Source: an uncultured Bacteroidota bacterium (GTDB taxonomy: Bacteria > Bacteroidota > Bacteroidia > Flavobacteriales > Flavobacteriaceae). Taken from it: 35,425 nucleotides of DNA. A program made the position numbers and the translations under genes. The DNA lies in assembly GCA_903819815.1 (NCBI GenBank), contig CAIJFC010000110.1:1-35425 (forward strand), given 5' to 3'. Shown one piece after another: positions 15,816-24,726 of the stretch; the stretch's first letter is position 1, and each line of letters begins with the position of its first letter. Below the pieces are notes generated by a model. The model ran no database searches. It had not been told where the DNA came from and worked only from the letters and a program-made list of their open reading frames with translations.

Positions 15816-17966
15816 ATGAAAAAAGCAATCTCTCTACTCTTCATGATTTTATCTGTTTCTATGTATTCGGTAAATTCATATAAAACAACAAGTCTACCGC
15901 CGGCTTTAGTATTGAGCTATACAGCTACTAATCCAACATGTCCAGGGCTCAATAACGGTGCAATTAATGGAACCGCAACAGGAGGAAGTTTGCCGTATTC
16001 GAATTTTTCATTATCCAATGGAACAACTACCTTAACAAGCGCTACAGGTGTATTTTCTAATTTAGCACCAGGCACCTATACCTTAATTATTTCCGATGCG
16101 TTTTCTTTCGTAACGCAGTCTATCATCCTTATTGCACCAACTGATTTGTCAACTAGTGTGCCTAGAACAATTTGTGCAGGAACCCCTACCACTTTATCCG
16201 TAAGCGGAAGTACCTCAGGGGTGCTGTGGACCGCAAATCCGCCAGACGCCTCTTTAACGGCCGCTAATAATACTAATACTTCTCCTGTAGTTCGTCCAAA
16301 TCAAACCACCACATATACCGTAACTTCAACTGGGAATTCTCCTTCAGCAAATATGGTTACTAATGGTGATTTTTCCCAGGGAAATTTGGGCTTTACTTCC
16401 GATTATCTTTTCATTGCAAATGCAGGAACCTCAGGAGTTCAAAGGGCCTATGGGGTAGTAACTACGGCCAATGCATGGTTTCAGTTTTTCCCAAGTTGTA
16501 ATATAGAACATACTACCGGAACAGGTAAAATGATGGTTATTGACGGCTCTACCTCCAATGCTGGGGCAGACAAAGTTTGGGGACAAACGATCACCGTACA
16601 ACCCAATCAAACCTATACTTTTTCCTATTGGGTGCAAACCGTGGCAATGCCAAATCCAGCTAACATTGAAGTAAAAATAAATGGGGTTGTTATAGGAACC
16701 AATCTGGCTCCTTCTGCAGAATGTAACTGGGCTTTGAGAACGTACACTTGGAACTCAGGAACGGCGACTTCAGCTCAAATTGCAATGTACGACAAAGTGG
16801 TTGCATCGGGAGGAAATGATTTCGCCCTTGATGACATTTCTTTTACAACCAATGTAATATGTAATTTATCGAAATCGGTGGTTATTACAGTAACCCCAAG
16901 CATAACCCCAACATTTAATTCTGTAAATCCAGTATGTGTTGGAGCTGTTTTATCTCCATTGCCTACCACCTCTAATAATTCTATTACAGGAACATGGTCG
17001 CCAGCGCTTAATAATTTAGTAACCACGACCTATACATTTGTTCCAACTTCTGGGCAATGTGTTGCAAATGGAACCCTAACAATTACCGTAAATCCAATTG
17101 TTACCCCCTTATTTGCCCCAATAAACCCAATTTGTTCCGGAGTTGCTTTATCCCCTTTACCAACAACTTCCAATAATTCAATTACTGGAACTTGGTCGCC
17201 AGCCCTTAATAATGTAGCAACTACAACTTATACTTTTACTCCGTCTGTTGGTCAATGCGCCACAAATGGAAGCAGTATTATTAGTATAATTCCTAATGTC
17301 ACTCCAACATTCAGCCAAGTTCCGGCTATTTGTGCTGGGGGCGCATTAGCCGCATTGCCTACAACCTCAAATAATTCGGTTACTGGAAGCTGGTCACCTG
17401 CAATAAATAATTCGGCAACCACCACTTATACCTTTACGCCAAGTAATGGACAATGTGCTACCACTGCCTTGATGACAATAACCGTAACTCCGTTTCCTGA
17501 GTTTACTATAACCAAAGGTTGTGATGGTAGTAATTTTGTGTTGAGCGCTGTAGGAATTGGTACTTTAAATGCTAGTTATATTTGGTATAATAATTTGCAT
17601 CAAAATATTGGGACTACACCTTCAATTAGAATTACTGCTGAAGGAAATTATAGTTTGGAATTGTCTAACAATGGATGCAGTGAAGAAAAACCAGTTTCTG
17701 TAACTAATATTCAATGTACCATTCCAAAAGGAATTTCTCCTAACGGCGATGGCAACAATGACATTTTTGACTTAAGTAACTTAAATGTACAAAAGCTGCA
17801 AATTTTTAATAGATATGGAATAGAGGTTTATTCAAAAAGTAATTACACCAATGAATGGACTGGAAAATCAAGTTCGGGAGCGGAATTACCCGACGGAACC
17901 TACTATTTTGTAGTTCAATATACAAATGGAAAAACCAAAACAGGTTGGGTATATATCAACAAATAA
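15816..17966 (+). CDS. T9SS cargo adhesin with type B CTD (gliding-motility-associated C-terminal domain)
   Basis: Signal peptide, SprB-like repeat (PTCP...G.ATGG.LPY), lectin/CBM-like domain, three 66-aa repeats, CTD IPKGISPNGDGNND...IFNRYG...LPDGTYYF...GWVYINK. Confidence 0.9.
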   Translation: MKKAISLLFMILSVSMYSVNSYKTTSLPPALVLSYTATNPTCPGLNNGAINGTATGGSLPYSNFSLSNGTTTLTSATGVFSNLAPGTYTLIISDAFSFVTQSIILIAPTDLSTSVPRTICAGTPTTLSVSGSTSGVLWTANPPDASLTAANNTNTSPVVRPNQTTTYTVTSTGNSPSANMVTNGDFSQGNLGFTSDYLFIANAGTSGVQRAYGVVTTANAWFQFFPSCNIEHTTGTGKMMVIDGSTSNAGADKVWGQTITVQPNQTYTFSYWVQTVAMPNPANIEVKINGVVIGTNLAPSAECNWALRTYTWNSGTATSAQIAMYDKVVASGGNDFALDDISFTTNVICNLSKSVVITVTPSITPTFNSVNPVCVGAVLSPLPTTSNNSITGTWSPALNNLVTTTYTFVPTSGQCVANGTLTITVNPIVTPLFAPINPICSGVALSPLPTTSNNSITGTWSPALNNVATTTYTFTPSVGQCATNGSSIISIIPNVTPTFSQVPAICAGGALAALPTTSNNSVTGSWSPAINNSATTTYTFTPSNGQCATTALMTITVTPFPEFTITKGCDGSNFVLSAVGIGTLNASYIWYNNLHQNIGTTPSIRITAEGNYSLELSNNGCSEEKPVSVTNIQCTIPKGISPNGDGNNDIFDLSNLNVQKLQIFNRYGIEVYSKSNYTNEWTGKSSSGAELPDGTYYFVVQYTNGKTKTGWVYINK
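16905..17498 (+). repeat. Three tandem 198-bp (66-aa) intragenic repeats
   Basis: Units start at 16905, 17103 and 17301: TPxF...C.G..L..LPTTSNNS.TG.WSPA.NN..TTTYTF.P..GQC. Confidence 0.92.
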
Positions 17967-17988
17967 TTATAGCTATTAACACATCGAA

Positions 17989-18912
17989 ATGAAAAAAATA
18001 CTTTTAATCGTGCTTCTAATATTTTTGACGTCTATAAATGTCAACGCACAACAATCACCACATTATACTCAATACATGTATAATATGAATATAATCAATC
18101 CAGCCTATGCAGGATCTAAGGAAAATTTATCTTTTGGATTGCTTTATAGAAAACAATGGTTAGAAATTGAAGATGCACCAACTACTTTTTCACTTTCCGG
18201 ATCGGTACCCGTTGGAAAAAACGTGGGGGTTGGATTGTCAATAATTTCAGATAAAATAGGACCCGTAGATGAAAACAATATCTATGGCGATTTTTCCTAC
18301 ACCTTAAATTTAGGCGGTGAACATCGATTGGCTTTAGGTTTAAAAGCGGGAATTACAATTCAAAAAATCGGATTGTTTAGCGACATTAACAATTCGCTTC
18401 AGCAACAAGGCGACGGTGCTTTTGCGCAAGATTCGAATACCTCAAATCTAAATTTTGGAACCGGGATTTTTTATTATACTAACAAATATTATTTTGCAGC
18501 CTCAATCCCAAATATGTTAAATGCCCCCCATTTAAATAACGATGGCAATTATTTCCTTGAAAAGAAAGTTCCCCATTATTTTATAACAGGAGGATATGTG
18601 TTTGATTTAAATCCAAATTTAAAATTCAAGCCTTTTGCAATGGTAAAATCGGCTTACAACACCCCAACATCTTTAGACATATCTGCCAACTTTCTGTATA
18701 TAGAAAAATTTGAAATGGGCGCTACTTATAGACTACAAGACTCCTTTGGAGCGATGGTAAATTACACTATTACCCCTTCATTAAGAATTGGATATGCCTA
18801 TGATCATATTGTTTCCGATTTGAAAGTTACCACGCCTTCATCTCATGAAATTATATTATTATTTGATTTGAATTTCCCAAATAAAGTATCACAGTCTCCT
18901 AGATTTTTCTAA
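17989..18912 (+). CDS. T9SS PorP/SprF-family outer-membrane beta-barrel
   Basis: AQQSPHYTQYMYN..IINPAYAG, YRKQW....DAP.T, IGYAYD, SHEI, C-terminal SPRFF. Confidence 0.95.
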   Translation: MKKILLIVLLIFLTSINVNAQQSPHYTQYMYNMNIINPAYAGSKENLSFGLLYRKQWLEIEDAPTTFSLSGSVPVGKNVGVGLSIISDKIGPVDENNIYGDFSYTLNLGGEHRLALGLKAGITIQKIGLFSDINNSLQQQGDGAFAQDSNTSNLNFGTGIFYYTNKYYFAASIPNMLNAPHLNNDGNYFLEKKVPHYFITGGYVFDLNPNLKFKPFAMVKSAYNTPTSLDISANFLYIEKFEMGATYRLQDSFGAMVNYTITPSLRIGYAYDHIVSDLKVTTPSSHEIILLFDLNFPNKVSQSPRFF

Positions 18913-18930
18913 ACTAAAGCTTCCTAAATA

Positions 18931-20802
18931 ATGAAAAAAACATATATAATATTAAGTTTTGTATTGGTGAGTTCGCTACTTTCTGCTCAAAACAAAGACA
19001 CCCAAGTTGCAGATAAGCTTTTTAAAAAGTTCGAATTTATTTCAGCCGCAGAATCCTATCTTAAATTAGTAGCCACCCAAAATGCTGACGGATATGTTTA
19101 TCGTCAATTAGCAGATTGTTATTATAACATCTACAATACAAAAGAAGCAGCTAAATGGTATGCCAAAGCAATAACTAAAAAACAAGATTCTGAACTGTAC
19201 TATCGATATGCGCAAATGCTTAAAGCAAATGGAAATTATGCGGAATCAAATAAGCAAATGCAAATATTTGCAACCATGCAACCGGATGACTCTAGAACCA
19301 AAATATTCAACGAAAATCCTAATTATGTCCCAGCATTGTTAGTCCAAAAAAACTTCTTTGATATAAAATCAATTGAAATTAATTCAGACAAATCTGATTT
19401 TGGCGCTGTTTTACAAGGCAATTCGATTTATTTCACAAGCGCTAGAAATTCTAACAGTAAAATTTACAGTTGGACAAAAGAACCCTTTCTAGATATCTAC
19501 AAAGCCAATTTAAATGAAGACGGAACAATCAGCAACATTCTCCTTGTAAAAGAGTTAAACTCAAAATACCACGATGGCTCAATATCAATAAGCCAGGATG
19601 GAAACACACTTTATTTTACAAGCGAAAGTTTTAGGGAAAACTCTTTTGAAAAAGACAAATCCAACAAGTTAAAATTGGGAAAAAACAATATTTTTAGTGC
19701 AAAACTCGTTAATGGTAAATGGGACCAAATTACCTCATTGCCATTCAATAGTAAAGACTATTCAACGGGTAATCCTAGCATTAGCAAAGATGGGAAAACG
19801 CTTTATTTTTCATCAAATAGGCCCGGGAGTATTGGCGGAGTTGATATTTGGAAAGTAACAATTTCTGAAAACGAAAGTTATGGACCCCCTGAAAATTTAG
19901 GCAAAAAAATAAATACAGAAGGAAATGAGAGTTTTCCATTTATTACCTCTGACAACGTTCTTTATTTTTCCTCTGATGCCCATCTGGGGCTAGGTGCTAT
20001 GGACATTTATAAAATTGATTTAAATGCCAATTCAGAAGTTAAAAATCTAGGAAAACCAGTAAATAGCGAAAAAGACGATTTTGCATTCTCATTCAACGAA
20101 AACAAAAAAATTGGCTTTTTAGCGAGTAATAGAAATGGGAATGACGATATTTTTCAACTAAAACCGGCTTGTAATTATGAAGTTAACACAATAGTAACAA
20201 ACGCTAATACAGGAGCTATTTTAGCGGAAGCCAATGTGTCTATTTTAGATGATAAAAACAACATAATTTCGACTGAAAAATCCAATAGCAAAGGAGAAGT
20301 TTCCTATACCGTAGAGTGCGAAAAAAGGCATACTATTCAAGCTACAAAAGAGGGTTTTGAAAGTAATTCATTTGAGGTAACTGCTAGTAATAAAATGGGA
20401 GGAAGCATAAAAATTAGCGCTGCTCTAAATCCAATTTCAGCGATTATTTCAGAAAAAGAAGTTTTATTAAAACCAATTTTCTTCGAATACAATAATAGTA
20501 ATATTACGCAACAGGGTGCGTTTGAGTTGGACAAATTGGTTCAAATAATGAAAAATAACGAAAAGTTAATTATATTTGTAAAATCACACACCGATAATAG
20601 AGGGAGTGATGAATTTAATTTGCTTTTGTCTGATAAACGCGCTAAAGCAACTATACAATATGTAATTTCTAATGGAATTGCTGCAAATAGAATATCTGGA
20701 AAAGGATATGGCGAAACAGAACTAAAAGTAGATTGCAAAGAAAATTGTACTGAAAAGGACCACGAACAGAATAGACGTTCAGAATTCTTACTAGTGAAAT
20801 AA
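18931..20802 (+). CDS. PorE-like OmpA-family protein (TPR, PD40 beta-propeller, CRD-like, OmpA_C)
   Basis: N-terminal TPR, PD40 repeats (SKDGKTLYFSSNRPG.IGG.DIW), OmpA_C motifs SHTDNRGSDEFN..LS.KRA and NRRSEF. Confidence 0.92.
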   Translation: MKKTYIILSFVLVSSLLSAQNKDTQVADKLFKKFEFISAAESYLKLVATQNADGYVYRQLADCYYNIYNTKEAAKWYAKAITKKQDSELYYRYAQMLKANGNYAESNKQMQIFATMQPDDSRTKIFNENPNYVPALLVQKNFFDIKSIEINSDKSDFGAVLQGNSIYFTSARNSNSKIYSWTKEPFLDIYKANLNEDGTISNILLVKELNSKYHDGSISISQDGNTLYFTSESFRENSFEKDKSNKLKLGKNNIFSAKLVNGKWDQITSLPFNSKDYSTGNPSISKDGKTLYFSSNRPGSIGGVDIWKVTISENESYGPPENLGKKINTEGNESFPFITSDNVLYFSSDAHLGLGAMDIYKIDLNANSEVKNLGKPVNSEKDDFAFSFNENKKIGFLASNRNGNDDIFQLKPACNYEVNTIVTNANTGAILAEANVSILDDKNNIISTEKSNSKGEVSYTVECEKRHTIQATKEGFESNSFEVTASNKMGGSIKISAALNPISAIISEKEVLLKPIFFEYNNSNITQQGAFELDKLVQIMKNNEKLIIFVKSHTDNRGSDEFNLLLSDKRAKATIQYVISNGIAANRISGKGYGETELKVDCKENCTEKDHEQNRRSEFLLVK

Positions 20803-20832
20803 TATAAAACAACCAGAATGCAATCCAAGAAA

Positions 20833-23800
20833 ATGAAAAAAAAAATTAAGCTCTTACTTTTTTCAATTTTAATATCCTTTTTCACTACTATTTCAGCGCA
20901 AACACTGATAAACGGTAATTTTGAATCAGGAGGAAATGGGGTTGGGTTTCTTATTAACGGAATTGGTTATACCCAAATTAATCCTCCAACGGGCTCAAGT
21001 TTTCAAGGAAATTATGCAATTACAACCAATCCTCAATTATTAAATAGTAACTTTATTTCTGGTGGAGATCACACCACAGGATCTGGAAGGATGCTAGTTG
21101 TAGATGGGAATACTGTTCCAAATTCAAGGTTGTGGTCATCAACTTCAACTGGTGGTGCATTGACAGGGTTTACAGCCGGAAGTGTATATACTTTTAGTTA
21201 TTGGATAAAGTCGGTTTCCAACGATGTAACTAATAATGCAACACAAGCAAATATTAATGTATTTTTTGTGAATGCTTCCAATATTAATCCTGCAAGTACC
21301 AATAGTTATGCGCCACTTCCAAGCCAAGGCTGGACTCGTGTGAGCTATACTTTTACAGCCACGGCAAATAACGCATTAATTGAATTAAGAAATAATAATT
21401 TGAGCGTACTAGGAAATGACTTTGCATTAGATGATTTTGCTATTACCCCAGGAGCACTTCCATTAACGTTATCTCAAACCTTCATTAACCCAACTTGCCC
21501 TTCCTCATCAGATGGATCAGTAACAGGAGTTGGAGCAGGGGGAGCGCTGCCTTATACTTTTTCATTGGCAACAACGACTTTTACTATTTCAAATTCTTCA
21601 GGGGTTTTCAGTAATTTAACTTCTGGAACGTATACTCTTTCAGTTCAAGATGGTGCCGGAGCAATTGTTCCGCCTATTATTGTAGTATTGACGCCTCCAA
21701 ATGATATTACTATAAATGCACCAACTACAATTTGCCAAGGCGCCTCAACCAATTTATCTGTTAGCGGAAGCCCAGACCCCTATTTATGGACTGCAAACCC
21801 TCCGGACCCAACTTTAACAGCAGCCAATAATACTAGCACTACGCCCACAGTTAGTCCTACTACCACCACCACTTATACGGTTACTTCTGGAGTTGCCGCC
21901 AATGCAACAAATCTAGTAATTAACGGAGATTTTTCTATGGGAGATTTCGGGTTTGTTACTGATTATGTAAATTATTTACCCGGAACAGTACCCGCAACAG
22001 GAGTTCAGGGGGCCTATGGAGTGGTAACCAATCCAAGAAACTGGTTTACTCCATTTTCAAATTGTGCAGATCACACGACTTCAAGCGGAAATATGTTAGT
22101 TGCCGACGGTTCTACAACTGGTACAGCTAGAGTTTGGTATTCACCAGCGCCAATTACTGTAATTCCGGGGAAAAATTATACATTCAGTTATTTCTTAACA
22201 GCCGTAGTAAATGGAGGGCCGGCAAAATTAGAGGTTTTAATTAATAATGTTCCAATTGGACCTGTAGCAACGGCTCCTTCTAGTCCATGTGTTTGGGACG
22301 AGCATTCTTATGTTTGGAATTCAGGAACCAATACAACTGCTATAATTAGTATTATTGATAGAGAAGCCTTCGGAAATAATGATTTTGCTATTGATGATCT
22401 TTATTTTAGAGAAACGCCGTCTTGTATTTATCAAAAATCAGTAACAATTACTGTTAATCCTACTCCTGCTCCTACAATAGGGACAATTACTCACCCAACC
22501 TGTTCCGCCTCAGGGAGTGTTGTTTTAAATGGCTTGCCAGCTGGAAACTGGACTATAAATCCTGGAGGAATAACAGGAAACACTTCTTCCACAACACTAT
22601 CTAATTTAGCAACAGGGACCTATAATTATACTGTTACCAATGCCTCAAATTGCACCTCTCTTCCTGTAAGAGTAGATATAAATCCAATTCCAAATATTAT
22701 AACTCCTACATTTATTACTATTACACCAGTATGTGTTGGCACTACTATTGCGCTTCCTTTGCTTTCCGCAAATGGCGTTAACGGGACTTGGTCACCCGCA
22801 TTTAATCCTAATGTTACTACAACCTATACATTTACACCAAATCCTGGAGAATGTGCTACAACGGCTACAATGCAAGTGGTAATTACCCAGATTCCAACTG
22901 CAATAGCTACTCCAAACAGTGAAACAATTTGTTCACTACAGTCCACAGGAATTTCATTATCAAGTGCAATTTTAGGGACTACTTTCAGCTGGACTTCAAC
23001 TGCAACTGATGTTTCAGGAGATGCTGCAGGGACAGGAAATGTAATTTCACAAGTTTTAACCGCCACAGGCACTTTAGTTGGAAATGTTCAATATACAATT
23101 ACACCAACAAATAATGGATGTTCGGGGGCACCAATAATTGTTACCGTCTTGGTAACTCCTAAACCAACATTAACTGCAACCGCAGCTTTCAACTCCATTT
23201 GTTCAGGAAGCGCAACTGCTATTAACCTGGTTGGGTCAATGCCCAATACAAATTTTAGTTGGAATTTAATTCAAAATAATGTTACAGGAGGTTCAATAGG
23301 AATTGGAAATATGATTGCTCAAACATTAAGCACCATCACCAATTCTTCAGGAGAAGCAGTTTATGCAATTACGCCTTTAGTAAATGGTTGTAGAGGAATT
23401 ACTACGACTGTTTCTATAATTGTAAATCCAATTCCTGTAGCAATAATCAATCCTGCAGCGGGTCAAACCCTTTGTTCAGGACAAACAACCGCGATATCTT
23501 TTTCAAGCCCAGTAATTAATACCATTTTTAATTGGACGGTAAATCAAACTAATTTAACCGGAACGTCCCCTAGTTCTGGAACGGCAATTACGCAAGTGCT
23601 ATCGGTAATTTTACCATCCGTTGGAACCGCCACCTATGAAGTTACACCAACCTCAAATGGATGTATTGGAATTCCAGTTCAAGTTTCAGTTAATGTAAAA
23701 CCAATCCCTAATTTTGCAACAGTTCCTACTCAAGCCCCTCTTTGTTCTGGTGACGTCACTTCAATTGTATTATCACCAAGTCTTACAGGCACAGTATTAA

Positions 23801-24717
23801 CCTGGACAGCAGTTCAAAATGGAGTAATAGGAGCATTAGGTGATTCGGGAACTTCAATTGTGCAAGTATTGGAAACTACAGGAAACGCTGTTGGAAATGC
23901 AATTTATACCATTACTCCAGAATTAAATGGCTGTGTAGGAACCCCAATTTCGGTAACTGCAATTGTAAATCCATTGCCGAGACCTTCATTAACAGGTGGA
24001 AATATATGCGTGGATGCTTTAGGGGTGTCTTTTACAACTTACACATTAAATAGCGGACTAAATAACATAGATTATACCTTTCAGTGGTTTTTAAATGGCG
24101 TTTTACAAAATTTATCAAACGGAAATACTTTTATGGCTACAGCAGCTGGAAATTATTCTGTAATAGCAACAAATATTGCAACTGGATGCGTATCCTCGAG
24201 TGTTTTTGCAACAGTTACTTCATCACTTCCAGCAACAAGTATTTCTGCCGTTGGATCGTTTGCTTTTGATCAAAATGCTTCCATTACAGTAACTGCATTA
24301 GATCCTAATCCAAATTATCAATATGCCTTAGATTATGGAGCTTTACAATTTTCGAACGTTTTTACCAATGTGAATCCTGGAAACCATTTAGTAACCGTTA
24401 CCGATACTAATGGCTGTACGAATTTGAGTACGAATGTATTTATAATTGGTTATCCAACTTATTTTACTCCTAATAGTGATGGGTTTAATGATTATTGGAA
24501 TGTAATTGGATTGGAAAATCAACCAACATCCAATATTTACATTTATGACCGTTATGGAAAATTCCTGAAACAGATAAGCTCTAAGAGTTTGGGTTGGGAT
24601 GGGACTTATTTAGGGTCTCCAGTTCCTTCTTCAGATTACTGGTTTACTATTGAATATATTGAACCTTTAACTACAGATCTTAAAGTTTTTAAATCCCATT
24701 TTTCCCTTAAGAGGTAA
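20833..24717 (+). CDS. Large T9SS cargo adhesin with type B CTD
   Basis: Signal peptide (MKKKIK...ISA-Q; alternative ATG at 20818), two lectin/CBM-like domains, SprB-like repeat, four roughly 90-aa PKD-like repeats, CTD YPTYFTPNSDGFND.W...IYDRYGK...SSDYWF...HFSLKR. Confidence 0.9.
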   Translation: MKKKIKLLLFSILISFFTTISAQTLINGNFESGGNGVGFLINGIGYTQINPPTGSSFQGNYAITTNPQLLNSNFISGGDHTTGSGRMLVVDGNTVPNSRLWSSTSTGGALTGFTAGSVYTFSYWIKSVSNDVTNNATQANINVFFVNASNINPASTNSYAPLPSQGWTRVSYTFTATANNALIELRNNNLSVLGNDFALDDFAITPGALPLTLSQTFINPTCPSSSDGSVTGVGAGGALPYTFSLATTTFTISNSSGVFSNLTSGTYTLSVQDGAGAIVPPIIVVLTPPNDITINAPTTICQGASTNLSVSGSPDPYLWTANPPDPTLTAANNTSTTPTVSPTTTTTYTVTSGVAANATNLVINGDFSMGDFGFVTDYVNYLPGTVPATGVQGAYGVVTNPRNWFTPFSNCADHTTSSGNMLVADGSTTGTARVWYSPAPITVIPGKNYTFSYFLTAVVNGGPAKLEVLINNVPIGPVATAPSSPCVWDEHSYVWNSGTNTTAIISIIDREAFGNNDFAIDDLYFRETPSCIYQKSVTITVNPTPAPTIGTITHPTCSASGSVVLNGLPAGNWTINPGGITGNTSSTTLSNLATGTYNYTVTNASNCTSLPVRVDINPIPNIITPTFITITPVCVGTTIALPLLSANGVNGTWSPAFNPNVTTTYTFTPNPGECATTATMQVVITQIPTAIATPNSETICSLQSTGISLSSAILGTTFSWTSTATDVSGDAAGTGNVISQVLTATGTLVGNVQYTITPTNNGCSGAPIIVTVLVTPKPTLTATAAFNSICSGSATAINLVGSMPNTNFSWNLIQNNVTGGSIGIGNMIAQTLSTITNSSGEAVYAITPLVNGCRGITTTVSIIVNPIPVAIINPAAGQTLCSGQTTAISFSSPVINTIFNWTVNQTNLTGTSPSSGTAITQVLSVILPSVGTATYEVTPTSNGCIGIPVQVSVNVKPIPNFATVPTQAPLCSGDVTSIVLSPSLTGTVLTWTAVQNGVIGALGDSGTSIVQVLETTGNAVGNAIYTITPELNGCVGTPISVTAIVNPLPRPSLTGGNICVDALGVSFTTYTLNSGLNNIDYTFQWFLNGVLQNLSNGNTFMATAAGNYSVIATNIATGCVSSSVFATVTSSLPATSISAVGSFAFDQNASITVTALDPNPNYQYALDYGALQFSNVFTNVNPGNHLVTVTDTNGCTNLSTNVFIIGYPTYFTPNSDGFNDYWNVIGLENQPTSNIYIYDRYGKFLKQISSKSLGWDGTYLGSPVPSSDYWFTIEYIEPLTTDLKVFKSHFSLKR
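22894..23976 (+). repeat. Four tandem roughly 270-bp (90-aa) PKD/Ig-like repeats
   Basis: Units start near 22894, 23164, 23434 and 23707, each with xCSx...(F/L)xW...I.Q.L...Y.(I/V)TP..NGC. Confidence 0.85.
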
Positions 24718-24726
24718 GCTTAATTG

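Noticed and set aside
15353-24726. Integrative element or prophage at tRNA-Ala
   Set aside because: No integrase, and I found no duplicate of the tRNA 3' end at the far boundary; only an accessory-locus interpretation is kept.
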